A stretch of DNA of 64,000 bases from an uncultured Alphaproteobacteria bacterium (GCA_944391505.1 CALXTV010000001.1:34651-98650); one strand, 5' to 3'; positions 35,533-47,131 are shown, counted from the stretch's first letter. The notes: generated by a model from the sequence alone, not told the origin. A program made the numbers and translations.

Positions 35533-36972
35533 TTAATTATTAATTCTTATGCCTTCAAGCATTTGATATTCAAACAAAGCAAAGTTGTCCGTCATTCCGC
35601 TCACATGGTCAACGATAAGATGAACCCTGAGCCACCATTCCAGAACATCGGCACCATATTTTTCAACGGCCCGGACATCATTCAGCCAGTCCTGAAGCTG
35701 ATATTGATAGCTCTGAATACATCTTTTGGACAACCGGTTAAACAAATGCTTTTCATACGCAAGCCCTTTAACCGTTTTTCCTTCAACAAAAGACGCGAAA
35801 TCTTCCCGCGACAGTCTCAACAGACGCGAAAAATATCTGTTAAGCAAACCGGTAATAACCGAAAATCCGGAAAGTTCTATACTTTCCGCTTCTTCCGACT
35901 GATAAATATACTTGGCGGAAAAAGTTTTAATCACATCCAAAACACGTCCAATCGGCATATCTTTGGTAATCAGCTCATCTGCCGTTCCGCTGCAAAACTC
36001 CTCGTATCTGGCAACAAATTCCGCTGCCGCAGCGTCCACCGCTTTGTGACTGATATCAATGCAGACACCCGCACCAAAACCTTTATCTTTATCTTTTTCT
36101 GCTCGTAAACCGGCAACCGGAATTTCTTCATTACCATAACGCTCTTGCCAAATGTGCTGAAATGATGCCAAAAATTCTTCCGGCGAAACAATTTTCTTTT
36201 TTACGGCATCGGACACATCGCTCAAACAATACGATATATCGTCTGCTGCTTCCATAATATATGTCAGCGGATAACGCCGTCCTTTTTCCCAACCGGCCAA
36301 CTTGCAGGCCTTTTCAATCAAAGGCTCTTCCGTCTTAAAATAACCGGCCTTTTTCTTAATTTTCTGCCCGCCGGTCGGCTCTCCCGGTGCCCGGGCATAT
36401 TTAACCGCGGCCAACAACGAAGGAATAGTCAAATTCAGTGCAAATTCATCTTTTTCGCAATGCAGCCGGCTGATAATTCTGATTCCTTGGGGATTCCCGT
36501 CAAATTCATAAAAATCCGCCAGTAACGGTGTCGCTTTCTTCACATCAATACAAGCTTCTCCGGCATATATCGGCAGCAAATCCTTTGCCCATTTAATCAA
36601 AGCGGCTTCACCGAAGTGCCCGAACGGCGGATTGCCGATATCGTGCATCAGACAGGCGTTTTCAACAACCGCCGGAATTTCGACGGCGTTTTCCGCGCTT
36701 ATTTTTCCGTCGGCCCATAACTGCCGTGCTATCCGGCTGGCCAGAATTTTTCCGACATCGGCCACTTCAAGCGAATGAGACAGCCGAGAACGCACGCTTG
36801 AATTAAGTTCCAAAGAAAAAACCTGTGCCTTTTGCTGCAACCGCCGAAAAGACGATGAATAAATTATCCGCGATTTATCGCTGAAAAACTCTTCCAACGG
36901 AACACGGCCGCAGATATCCGACTTCCTGAGCCTTACCGGTATCAATATCCGGTCAAACAAATTTTCTGTCAT
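35533..36972 (-). CDS. dgt: Deoxyguanosinetriphosphate triphosphohydrolase (HD domain dGTPase)
   Basis: RRLQQKAQVF, RSRLSHSLEV, HDIGNPPFGHFGE, FDGNPQG, EAADDISY. Confidence 0.9.
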   Translation of the reverse strand: MTENLFDRILIPVRLRKSDICGRVPLEEFFSDKSRIIYSSSFRRLQQKAQVFSLELNSSVRSRLSHSLEVADVGKILASRIARQLWADGKISAENAVEIPAVVENACLMHDIGNPPFGHFGEAALIKWAKDLLPIYAGEACIDVKKATPLLADFYEFDGNPQGIRIISRLHCEKDEFALNLTIPSLLAAVKYARAPGEPTGGQKIKKKAGYFKTEEPLIEKACKLAGWEKGRRYPLTYIMEAADDISYCLSDVSDAVKKKIVSPEEFLASFQHIWQERYGNEEIPVAGLRAEKDKDKGFGAGVCIDISHKAVDAAAAEFVARYEEFCSGTADELITKDMPIGRVLDVIKTFSAKYIYQSEEAESIELSGFSVITGLLNRYFSRLLRLSREDFASFVEGKTVKGLAYEKHLFNRLSKRCIQSYQYQLQDWLNDVRAVEKYGADVLEWWLRVHLIVDHVSGMTDNFALFEYQMLEGIRINN

Positions 36973-37205
36973 TAACTTTCTCTCATTTTTATAACCTGAT
37001 TATTAATTTATAACAGAAAAATAAAATCTGATAACAATTAATTGGCAGTTTTTCGCCCTTTCAAGCGCCCGGCGATAAAATATTTATAAAACGAGTGACC
37101 ACAGCGAGTTGGTAAATGTCAATGAACCTGCGAGCCAGACAGAGATTTGAAAAATCCCTTTGCTTTAAAGCATAAAAAGGCCTTGTTTTTACAAGGCCTT
37201 GAAAA

Positions 37206-37280
37206 TGGAGCGGGCAAAGGGATTTGAACCCTCGACATCAACCTTGGCAAGGTTGCGCTCTACCCCTGAGCTATACCCGC
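37206..37280 (-). tRNA. tRNA-Gly(GCC)
   Basis: GCGGGTATAGCTCAGGGGTAGAGCGCAACCTT-GCC-AAGGTTGATGTCGAGGGTTCAAATCCCTTTGCCCGCTCCA. Confidence 0.97.
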
Positions 37281-37377
37281 ATTTTGTAGAACGAAATATT
37301 AATTATCATATCCGAAGAAAAATGCAAGCCCTAATTTCAATTTTTTTTCATTTTTTCACAACAGCGGGGTTAAACAC

Positions 37378-37806
37378 CTAAATAACCTCATATTTCCTGG
37401 CATAAAAAAACAAAAAAACCATTCCGGCCAAACGACACAGCCAGATAGCCGCCCGACTGCCGCGAAACCGCATGCCGTTGGCACCGTGATTAACAAACAA
37501 AAACTCCGCCAATGCCCAAAATGACGTTATCAACAGCGGAATATAAAACATATAAAAGGAAATCAAGGTCAAAAAAAGCTGTATACCGCCGCGTTTATAA
37601 TATCCGGCATAGAAATTATGCAACCCGATAACACCGGTAAAATACGCCAGCAACAGATAGATCAGACCGTTTCTGCTGCGCGCCTCCTCTTTCCGGTCAC
37701 TCACCAGCCGCCGCGTCATTTGGCGATAATAGGTTTTGTATTGTTCCTCGCTTAAAATTCCCCGCGCCCGCAGTGCTTTAAGTTCTTCCAGATTCTCAAA
37801 ATCCAT
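37378..37806 (-). CDS. SHOCT + TM2/NINE membrane protein
   Basis: LEELKALRARGILSEEQY; LLAYFTGVIGLHNFYAG. Confidence 0.75.
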   Translation of the reverse strand: MDFENLEELKALRARGILSEEQYKTYYRQMTRRLVSDRKEEARSRNGLIYLLLAYFTGVIGLHNFYAGYYKRGGIQLFLTLISFYMFYIPLLITSFWALAEFLFVNHGANGMRFRGSRAAIWLCRLAGMVFLFFYARKYEVI

Positions 37807-37911
37807 TTCCGGTTCCTCTTTTTCTCCAGCATAAACTCTCCGGATTAATATTTTATAAAAAAAGAGCCCTTAACTAAGGACTCTTTTTTCGGACTTACCT
37901 TTTGCCGGATT

Positions 37912-39564
<1,653 letters not shown>

Positions 39565-39589
39565 TTATCTTCCTTTTCTTTGACAACTG

Positions 39590-39880
39590 TTATTCTTCAA
39601 CGACAGCCAGAATATCTGACTCTTTCATAATCAACCGGTCTTCACCGTTCAGCTTGACTTCGGTGCCGCCCCATTTGGCAAACAGAACCTTGTCGCCGAC
39701 CTTAACACACATCGGAATAATTTTTCCGTCTTCGGTGCGGGCTCCGTCACCGACGGCTTCGACAATACCTTCGCTCGGTTTCTCTTTTGCCGTATCCGGA
39801 ATAATGATACCGCCGGAAGTCTTTGTCAGTTCATCCAGTCTTTTGACGACGACACGATCATGTAACGGTTTGATTTTCAT
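39590..39880 (-). CDS. groS: Co-chaperonin GroES
   Basis: KPLHDRVVV...[13 protein letters not shown]. Confidence 0.99.
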   Translation of the reverse strand: MKIKPLHDRVVVKRLDELTKTSGGIIIPDTAKEKPSEGIVEAVGDGARTEDGKIIPMCVKVGDKVLFAKWGGTEVKLNGEDRLIMKESDILAVVEE

Positions 39881-40092
39881 AATTTTTTCAGCTCCTTCAA
39901 TAGATTGGTTTAAGCAGAATTAAAAATTTCTAGTACTTTAGTTAGTGTTTCGTCAAAGCATTGTCAAGCGCGGAAGCAAAAAAAATCCGCCCGGCTTTGC
40001 AATTTGTTTTTGACAAAAAAAGCCAAATATTCTAATAATAAAGTTCCTATTTATATTATCATGAATATATTAACTTCAAAATTTTCAGAAAT

Positions 40093-40458
40093 ATGAACAA
40101 GCAAGACTTAAAAAAACAGCTTTTGAATGTTGTCGGTCCGATTGATTTTTCCGAAACGCCGTTCGCGCTTTTGCAAAAATTTACTCTGGCCGAAAAAGAC
40201 GAGACATTGCGGCGATATCTTCAGGCGCTGCAGGAGGAAGTTGAAACGGGTTATTCCGTTCACAAACCCAGTAACAAACTGCATGAGGCAGAACATGACA
40301 TGCTCTGCTGGCTCATACAGATTTACTTAAATAACGAAACTCAGCCCGTCTTCAAACGATACCTGACCGTTGTCTGCCTGTTTCCAGACTGCGTCGTGGA
40401 CATGAAGCTACTGCTGAGCATACTGGATTACTATGACATATTTAACAAAAAATTTTAA
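40093..40458 (+). CDS. Hypothetical protein
   Basis: 121-aa ORF, no recognised motif. Confidence 0.6.
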   Translation: MNKQDLKKQLLNVVGPIDFSETPFALLQKFTLAEKDETLRRYLQALQEEVETGYSVHKPSNKLHEAEHDMLCWLIQIYLNNETQPVFKRYLTVVCLFPDCVVDMKLLLSILDYYDIFNKKF

Positions 40459-40463
40459 AAGTT

Positions 40464-41003
40464 ATGGAAAATCAGAACATCCGCAAGCGGGTTTTTAAAA
40501 GTCTCGGCAATTTGCACTACACTGCCGACGTATATAAAATTTTCGCCAGTGAGCAAAAATATCACAATCGCGGATATGAGAAATTCTGGCGGCGGCTGAA
40601 AAAAGACAATCAGCTGATAATCGAACTGCTGTTCAGACCGCAGTTGCACAGCAAATTGAGCGGAGGAACATACAAAACGCTCGTTTATGCCTTTGCCAAG
40701 GCTTATTACGAACGAACCAACATTCCGACGCTCAAAGCATATGCCGATGCCCTGGTCGTCAAATATCAGACAGGTTATGATTCTTTTGCCAACATTGTCA
40801 AACAAAGGGAAAAAGCTCTCATAAACCACATCCTTGACGAAATCAGAGTTTCCGATATGTGCAACGACAAAAAAACGCAGGTCTTCATGCGGCAGGCAAT
40901 GACTCTTTTGGTAATCTCCTCAAAAATGAAATATGATGAGGAAACCGAACAAATTATAGATTATCTGCTTGACGAATTTGAAGAAGGCCGTGCCCAAATG
41001 TAA
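40464..41003 (+). CDS. Hypothetical protein
   Basis: 179-aa ORF, 5 bp after the previous gene, followed by a terminator. Confidence 0.65.
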   Translation: MENQNIRKRVFKSLGNLHYTADVYKIFASEQKYHNRGYEKFWRRLKKDNQLIIELLFRPQLHSKLSGGTYKTLVYAFAKAYYERTNIPTLKAYADALVVKYQTGYDSFANIVKQREKALINHILDEIRVSDMCNDKKTQVFMRQAMTLLVISSKMKYDEETEQIIDYLLDEFEEGRAQM

Positions 41004-41020
41004 AATTTCTGAACACCAAA

Positions 41021-41060
41021 AACGCCTCCCGCTTTTAAGCCGGAGGCGTTGCTTTTATTT
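41021..41060 (+). terminator. Intrinsic terminator
   Basis: AACGCCTCC..GCTT/AAGC..GGAGGCGTT then gcTTTTATTT. Confidence 0.7.
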
Positions 41061-41099
41061 ATAGGTTTCTGTGCTAGACGCCCATTATACAAACTTTTA

Positions 41100-41477
41100 C
41101 AAAAACCTCGGAGAACGAGGGAAATAATAAGGATTTAGGGAAAATAAAGCGGAATGTACATATTAGTACATGAGCATTTATTTTACCCGCTAATCCTGTA
41201 TTAGTTCCCCGCTATACGAGGTTTTCAAAAACCTCGGAGAACGAGGTGTATAGTAAGATTTAAGAGTGAAAAAAGCGGAGCATACATAAACGTATGTGAG
41301 CATTTATTTTACCCGCTAATCCTGTATTAGTTCCCCGCTATACGAGGTTTTCAAAAACCTCGGAGAACGAGGTGTATAGTAAGATTTAAGAGTGAAAAAA
41401 GCGGAGCATACATAAACGTATGTGAGCATTTTTTCAGCTCGCAAAATCTGTACTAGACACCCGTTATACGAGGTTTT
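41100..41477. repeat. Three tandem 126-bp palindromic units (RPE/REP-like)
   Basis: Units start at 41100, 41226 and 41352; each begins CAAAAACCTCG, ends CGAGGTTTT, with central hairpin GTACATATTAGTAC or CATACATAAACGTATG followed by TGAGCAT. Confidence 0.85.
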
Positions 41478-42192
41478 AAAGGCGGGACTTAAGATTAAAC
41501 GCCCTCTTCACAACCTCTGCAACGACACTCATCAGGAACGAAATGGAAATAAGAAACGAGATGAAGACAAACGAAACAAAGAACAGCCACGAATGGGGGA
41601 AAACCGCCATGACCGGACGCGCAATGTTCGAAGCCCAGCCGTCCAGAGTCACAACCTGCAACAGAGCAAACAGCGAAGACCCGAGATTGGAAAACTCGAT
41701 AAAGACGTCACCGAACAGACAAACGGCCATAATTGCAAAAACATAAACAAAAACCGCCATCACCAACAACATGGCCATAAAGTTCGGCAGCAGCGCGATA
41801 AAGATGTTAATCATCTGCTTAAGCCGCGTAAATTTGTTGACATAACGCAGCAGACGAAACAGACGAAACGTCCTGAGAATGATAAAATAGCTGGCAAAAG
41901 GAACCGACGAAATCACAATTACCGTAAAATCGAACACATTCCAACCCGACTTGAAGAACTTTTTGCCGAAAGCAAAAATCTTCATAATCATTTCGATAAT
42001 AAAGATGGCCATAAACAGACGGTCAAGAATAAACAAGCCGCCGTCAAAGAAAAGATTCATCTCTTCCGAAGTCATCAAACCCAGAATAACCGCGTCCATA
42101 CAAATCAGAGACATGATCAGGAAGTCAAAATTTTTGCCTTCCACCAGTTTTTTCACTCTGCGTCTGTCGGTTTCAACTGCACTTTTCTTCAT
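41476..42192 (-). CDS. Bacterial voltage-gated Na+/Ca2+ channel (BacNav family)
   Basis: WNVFDF, S4 LRTFRLFRLLR, filter TLDGWAS. Confidence 0.88.
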   Translation of the reverse strand: MKKSAVETDRRRVKKLVEGKNFDFLIMSLICMDAVILGLMTSEEMNLFFDGGLFILDRLFMAIFIIEMIMKIFAFGKKFFKSGWNVFDFTVIVISSVPFASYFIILRTFRLFRLLRYVNKFTRLKQMINIFIALLPNFMAMLLVMAVFVYVFAIMAVCLFGDVFIEFSNLGSSLFALLQVVTLDGWASNIARPVMAVFPHSWLFFVSFVFISFLISISFLMSVVAEVVKRAFNLKSRL

Positions 42193-42232
42193 GGTCAATA
42201 TCCTCAAAAATTTATCTGTTTTTCATTTTAGC

Positions 42233-42913
42233 CTAGAAAAAGTAAAAAGCAATCATTATTGCGGCAACCGTAATTGCCGGGCCGAAAGCACCGACCCGCA
42301 TCCGACGAAACAAAGCATACAGCACAAACAACAGGCTGGCCAGAATCATCGTATAAATTACCAGCTCCATACCCAGCCAGGCACCCAGCGCGGCCAACAA
42401 CTTAATATCGCCGCCGCCGAAAGCGTCTTTGTTTTTCCAAACCAGAAACGCACTGGCAATTACCGGCAGCATATACCCGGTTACGGCGCCGAGCACGCTC
42501 TCGGGCGGAATAACCCACTGACTGACAAAAACCGAATAGGCAAAACCGGCAATCAGCAGCGGCACGGTCAGAATATCCGGCAGCAGCATCATGCGGTTGT
42601 CGATTTCGGTTAAGAGCAGCAGCGTCCAAATCAACCCCAGATACCAGACGATATAAACGTCGCTGAAACGCTCTGCAGCCAGATAGCTGATTGCCGCGGC
42701 AACGATTCCCCAGCCGATGCTGCGCATGCGATACTTGGTCATCAGCCGTCGGTATGACGGATTTCCGGAACGTTTGGCGCGCGAAACGCTGCGAACCGGC
42801 CGGAGGATTCGATAAAGCGCATACGCCGGGGTTGCCGGCATAAACTTGCTGAAACGCCGGGCCAGATAAGGGATAAGAAGGCCGAAGACAAGGCCGTAAG
42901 CCGCATAAATCAT
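42233..42913 (-). CDS. Prepilin peptidase (A24 family), C-terminal-type
   Basis: EIDNRMMLLPD, FGGGDIKLLAALGAWLG, AFGPAI. Confidence 0.85.
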   Translation of the reverse strand: MIYAAYGLVFGLLIPYLARRFSKFMPATPAYALYRILRPVRSVSRAKRSGNPSYRRLMTKYRMRSIGWGIVAAAISYLAAERFSDVYIVWYLGLIWTLLLLTEIDNRMMLLPDILTVPLLIAGFAYSVFVSQWVIPPESVLGAVTGYMLPVIASAFLVWKNKDAFGGGDIKLLAALGAWLGMELVIYTMILASLLFVLYALFRRMRVGAFGPAITVAAIMIAFYFF

Positions 42914-43048
42914 TGCAATATTCCTGTTTGTTACGCTACCCGGAGCATAGCGTCAAAAGATTAAAATCAATTTAATGACCGAATATTAATTGCAAAATAG
43001 TTTTTTGCCTTTATAATCAGTCCTGCCATAAGAATGGTTAGACTTGTG

Positions 43049-43201
43049 GCGGAGCCTTCAAGCTCCTTATAGAGAACCGATTATATAACCTCCATCTATG
43101 GAGGATGACGCGAAATAAGCCGCTTTTGCGGACGAATAAGCGTGCTGTCTCTATACAGTTTGAAGCTCCTCCGCTCTCATTTTGAGAGCGGTTTTGTTTT
43201 T
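43049..43201 (+). promoter_or_regulatory. Structured leader / putative attenuator
   Basis: Long-range stem whose 3' strand overlaps terminator CCGCTCTC-atttt-GAGAGCGG-TTTTGTTTTT; promoter TTGCAA-16-TATAAT at 42990-43017. Confidence 0.55.
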
Positions 43202-43227
43202 AACAAAACCTTTTAACGGAGGAAGTT

Positions 43228-43461
43228 ATGGAACACGAAATCAGAAAACAGAATTTGCAACAACTGCGTTTAGAGTACGGCGAAAGTTTCCGCCGGGCTC
43301 TGGCAGAGCAGGGGCTGACGCCGGAAGAATTCAGCGAACAAAGCAAAATACCGCTGACCGTTGTCGAAGATCATTTAAGCGGTAAATTGCGCTTTCTCGG
43401 CGAAGTAAACAATATTTGTTTCCGCCTGAACAAGCGTCTGAAAGTGGAACTGGTTGACTGA
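43228..43461 (+). CDS. Small XRE-like HTH protein
   Basis: GESFRRALAEQGLTPEEFSEQSKIPLTVVEDHLSG; SD GGAGG; bidirectional terminator at about 43471-43497. Confidence 0.65.
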   Translation: MEHEIRKQNLQQLRLEYGESFRRALAEQGLTPEEFSEQSKIPLTVVEDHLSGKLRFLGEVNNICFRLNKRLKVELVD

Positions 43462-43507
43462 ACATTTCAAAAAAAAGCTCCCCGAAGGGAGCTTTTTCCG
43501 ATTAAAG

Positions 43508-45346
43508 TTAAAACGACTTGAGAATATATTCGCTCATCTTCTCGCTGTAAAAAGACGGGTCGCTGATACATTCGCCCTCGGCAATTTTCGCCTGATCCAA
43601 CAGCAGCCGCGACACTTCTTCGACTTTCGGCTTCAATGCCTCGTCACCCATGGCTTCCGCCAGTTTGATAATCAGCGGATGATACGGATTCAGCTCCAGA
43701 ATTCGCGTGCTGGCAAAAGCCGTTTGTTGCTGATGGTTGCGCATCAAACGTTCCAGATGAATGCTCATCTGCCCGGCTTCAACCGTCAGGCTGACCGGCG
43801 ATTTGGTCAGTTTGTCGGTGGTCGTAACCTTGCCGACTTCGTTCTTAAACATTTCGCCGAGCAAATCGGTCAGCTTTTTCAAATTGCCTTCTTCCGCCTT
43901 TTTGCCCTCACGCTTAAACGACAGGTCGACATCTGCCTGCGAAATATGTTTAACCGCAAAAGTCTTGTATGTTCCGAGCGTCTGCGTCCAGAACTCGTCA
44001 ATCGGATCGGTCAGCAGCAAAACCTCCAGCCCTTTTTCCTTAAAGGCTTCCAACTGCGGATTATTGACCAGCGTCTTGACGTCGTCACCGGTAATGTAAT
44101 AAATCGCTTTTTGTTCCGGTTTGGCACGGCCGATATAATCGTCAAGCGAAGTCAGTTTTTCAATGTCGTTGGTCGAAACAAAGCGCGACAACGCGGCAAT
44201 TTCTTCGCGATTGGCAAAATCTTCGTAAATGCCTTCCTTAAAGGCAATGCCGAAAGCATCCCAGAATTTTTTGTAGTCATCATAATCTTTGCTGCGTTTT
44301 TTCAACTCCTTGAGAATTCTGGAAACCGTTCCCTGCCGGATTTTGGCAATCAGCGGCGACTGTTGCAGCATCTCGCGGGAAATGTTCAGCGGCAGATCCG
44401 ACGAGTCGATAATGCCGCGCACAAAACGCAGATACGACGGCAGCAGCTCTTCAACCTTTTCAGAAATAAACACGCGGTTGACATAAAGCTTCAGCCCCTG
44501 CTTGCGATCCGGTTGAAACAGATCATACGGCGCCGTTCCGGGAATATAAAGCAGTCCGGTATATTCAATACTGCCCTCAGCCTTGAAATGCAGCGTCATC
44601 CACGGGTCGTCAAAATTCTTGGAAACATGATGATAAAATTCCTTATATTGTTCCGGCGTAATCTCGGCCTTGTTGCGCGTCCACAAAGCCGAAGCGCTGT
44701 TAACTGTTTCTTCGCCGGCCTTGCCCAGACACAGCACAATCGGATAATTGATATGGTCGGAATACGTACGGATAATCTGCCGCAGATAAATGCTGTCGGT
44801 ATAGTTTTTCTCGTCTTTTTTCAAAAACAGCTTGATTTCCGTACCGTTTGTTTTCTTCTCCGCCTCACGGATTTCAAAGCCGTCCACACCGTTGGAAACC
44901 CAGAACCAGGCTTTGTCCTCGCCGGCGCGCCGGGTCAGAATTTCAACCTTGTCGGCCACCATAAACGCCGAATAAAACCCGACGCCGAACTGTCCGATTA
45001 AGTCCACTGCCGAACCGTTGTCGGAAGCGTTTTTCACAAAATCGGCAGTGCCTGATTTGGCAATCGTGCCCAGATGGTTAATCAAATCGTCACGGTTCAT
45101 GCCGATTCCGTTATCGGCAACCGTCAGCGTGTTTTTCTCCGCATCCGGCGTAATCCATATCTTCATCTCGCCGGATTCCTTGGCAATGTCCGGATGTGTC
45201 AGCGCCATATATTTCAGTTTGTCGCAGGCATCGCTGGCATTCGAAATCAATTCGCGTAAAAAAATCTGCTTTTCCGAATACAGCGAATTAACCACGATAT
45301 CGAGCATTTTACTGACATCGGCCTGAAAATTCATCTTATCGCTCAT
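43508..45346 (-). CDS. htpG: Chaperone HtpG (Hsp90)
   Basis: FLRELISNASDA, DNGIGM, GQFGVGFYS, LPLNISRE; start MSDK at 45346. Confidence 0.98.
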   Translation of the reverse strand: MSDKMNFQADVSKMLDIVVNSLYSEKQIFLRELISNASDACDKLKYMALTHPDIAKESGEMKIWITPDAEKNTLTVADNGIGMNRDDLINHLGTIAKSGTADFVKNASDNGSAVDLIGQFGVGFYSAFMVADKVEILTRRAGEDKAWFWVSNGVDGFEIREAEKKTNGTEIKLFLKKDEKNYTDSIYLRQIIRTYSDHINYPIVLCLGKAGEETVNSASALWTRNKAEITPEQYKEFYHHVSKNFDDPWMTLHFKAEGSIEYTGLLYIPGTAPYDLFQPDRKQGLKLYVNRVFISEKVEELLPSYLRFVRGIIDSSDLPLNISREMLQQSPLIAKIRQGTVSRILKELKKRSKDYDDYKKFWDAFGIAFKEGIYEDFANREEIAALSRFVSTNDIEKLTSLDDYIGRAKPEQKAIYYITGDDVKTLVNNPQLEAFKEKGLEVLLLTDPIDEFWTQTLGTYKTFAVKHISQADVDLSFKREGKKAEEGNLKKLTDLLGEMFKNEVGKVTTTDKLTKSPVSLTVEAGQMSIHLERLMRNHQQQTAFASTRILELNPYHPLIIKLAEAMGDEALKPKVEEVSRLLLDQAKIAEGECISDPSFYSEKMSEYILKSF

Positions 45347-45520
45347 TATTTTTCTCCCGAACAATATTTTTTCTGATTTAACCAATATATGGGAAGCAGA
45401 GCACCGTTTCGCAAGTTTGCCGGCGCAAAAAAATCCCCCTGCCGACTTTTTTACTTGCATTTCGGGATAAAATTGCTAAATTGAAGCCGATGTTTACAAT
45501 TAATTTTTAGGAGTTATATC

Positions 45521-45760
45521 ATGGTTTCTGTTGTTAGTGACGCTTGCGTCAAATGCAAATCCTGCGTAGACGTTTGCCCGGTAGACGCTTTCCATGAAGG
45601 CGAAACCCAGCTGGTTATTGATCCCGATACCTGCATCAGCTGCGGCGTGTGCATTTCCGAATGCCCGCAGGAAGCAATCGCTCCCGATGACGAAGCCGAC
45701 GAAAAATGGGTTAAATTCAACGCCGAAAACGCCGCCAACTGGCCGAACGCTAACGAATAA
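45521..45760 (+). CDS. fdxA: Dicluster (7Fe/8Fe) ferredoxin
   Basis: [12 protein letters not shown] and [12 protein letters not shown]. Confidence 0.88.
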   Translation: MVSVVSDACVKCKSCVDVCPVDAFHEGETQLVIDPDTCISCGVCISECPQEAIAPDDEADEKWVKFNAENAANWPNANE

Positions 45761-45883
45761 TCCGTTTGTCGGAACAATTTGTTGAAAAAGGCCTTTGTTC
45801 AAAGGTCTTTTTTTTATTTGCCCTCTTGCTTGTTTGCCCAAAGCATATTAAAACTTCTCTAAAACAACTGAAATTAGGATAAC

Positions 45884-46903
45884 ATGATGAACAAAGATTC
45901 TATTCTTTATGACGTCGTCGGCATCGGCAATGCCATTGTCGACGTTCTGGCCAAAGTCGGCGACGGTTTTCTCAAAGAACGTGACCTGCACAAAGGCGGC
46001 ATGACACTGGTTGAAGCGGCCGACGCCGGCAAAATCTATGCGGATCTTATCCCCGAGCGCGAAGTTTCCGGCGGTTCGGCGGCCAATACCGTTTCCGGCC
46101 TTGCTTCCCTGGGTTCCGACTGCGCTTTCATCGGCAAAGTCCATGACGACGAACTCGGACAGGAATTTCAGCGCAACATCGGCGCCGCCGGCATCGACTT
46201 CTTTACCAAACCGCTGACCGAGGGTCCTTCCACCGGCCGCAGCATTGTTCTGGTCACTCCGGACGCCGAACGCTCCATGTTTACCTACCTCGGCGCTTCC
46301 AAACGACTGACTTCCGACGACATTGACGAAGAAACCATCGGCGCCGCAAAAATCACCTATCTGGAAGGCTACCTTTGGGACGAAGGCTCAGCCAAGGAAG
46401 CCGTCATCAAAGCCTGCGAACTGGCGCATAAACACAACCGCAAAGTTGCTTTCAGCCTGTCGGATAAATCCTGCATTTTGCGCAATCGGGACGAAATCAT
46501 CAATTTGATAAAAGACCATGTCGACATTCTTTTCGGCAACGAAGAAGAACTCAAAACCCTCTTTGCCGAAGACGATTTCTACAAAGCGCTCGATTTGGTC
46601 AAACCGCTGGTCGAGATTGCCGCCATAACCCGCAACGCCAAAGGTTCGGTCGTTGTCAACGGTCGTGTCAAAATCTTTGTCGAAGCGGAAAAGGTCGATG
46701 ACGTCGTCGATTCGACCGGAGCCGGCGATTTGTACGCCGCAGGTTTTCTGTATGGCGTCACACAAGAGCGCAGCCTTGGTACCTGCGCCATGATTGGCGG
46801 CATCTGTGCGGCTGAAATCATCAGCCACTACGGTGCCCGGCCGGAGGTTTCGCTTCGCGGTTTTGTCCGCAACCGCCTCCGCCAATACGGTAAAAGAGCT
46901 TAA
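45884..46903 (+). CDS. PfkB-family kinase (adenosine kinase-like)
   Basis: GGSAANT; DSTGAGDLYAAGFL. Confidence 0.92.
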   Translation: MMNKDSILYDVVGIGNAIVDVLAKVGDGFLKERDLHKGGMTLVEAADAGKIYADLIPEREVSGGSAANTVSGLASLGSDCAFIGKVHDDELGQEFQRNIGAAGIDFFTKPLTEGPSTGRSIVLVTPDAERSMFTYLGASKRLTSDDIDEETIGAAKITYLEGYLWDEGSAKEAVIKACELAHKHNRKVAFSLSDKSCILRNRDEIINLIKDHVDILFGNEEELKTLFAEDDFYKALDLVKPLVEIAAITRNAKGSVVVNGRVKIFVEAEKVDDVVDSTGAGDLYAAGFLYGVTQERSLGTCAMIGGICAAEIISHYGARPEVSLRGFVRNRLRQYGKRA

Positions 46904-47131
46904 AATCCCACGGGGAGAAAAATGGCCAACTTTTCAATCAGATACCGCACTAATCTCTTGAATTTTAATTTTAAAGCGGTATTGTAGGGCGAATTTGATT
47001 ACTGCCGGAATTTTAAAGTACACATTTTTCTCCAGACAACGGCTCCGATAAACGGAACCCGGCAATGTGTACAAGGCGGTACATGGGCGGTCAGGCTCAT
47101 GACACGACCAGTTTTTAGGAAAGAAATAAAG

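Noticed and set aside
39881-39970. CIRCE element upstream of groES
   Set aside because: TAGTACT..AGTGTT has the wrong spacing and several mismatches to TTAGCACTC-N9-GAGTGCTAA
41100-41477. Second CRISPR array
   Set aside because: Units are whole-length palindromic duplicates without unique spacers
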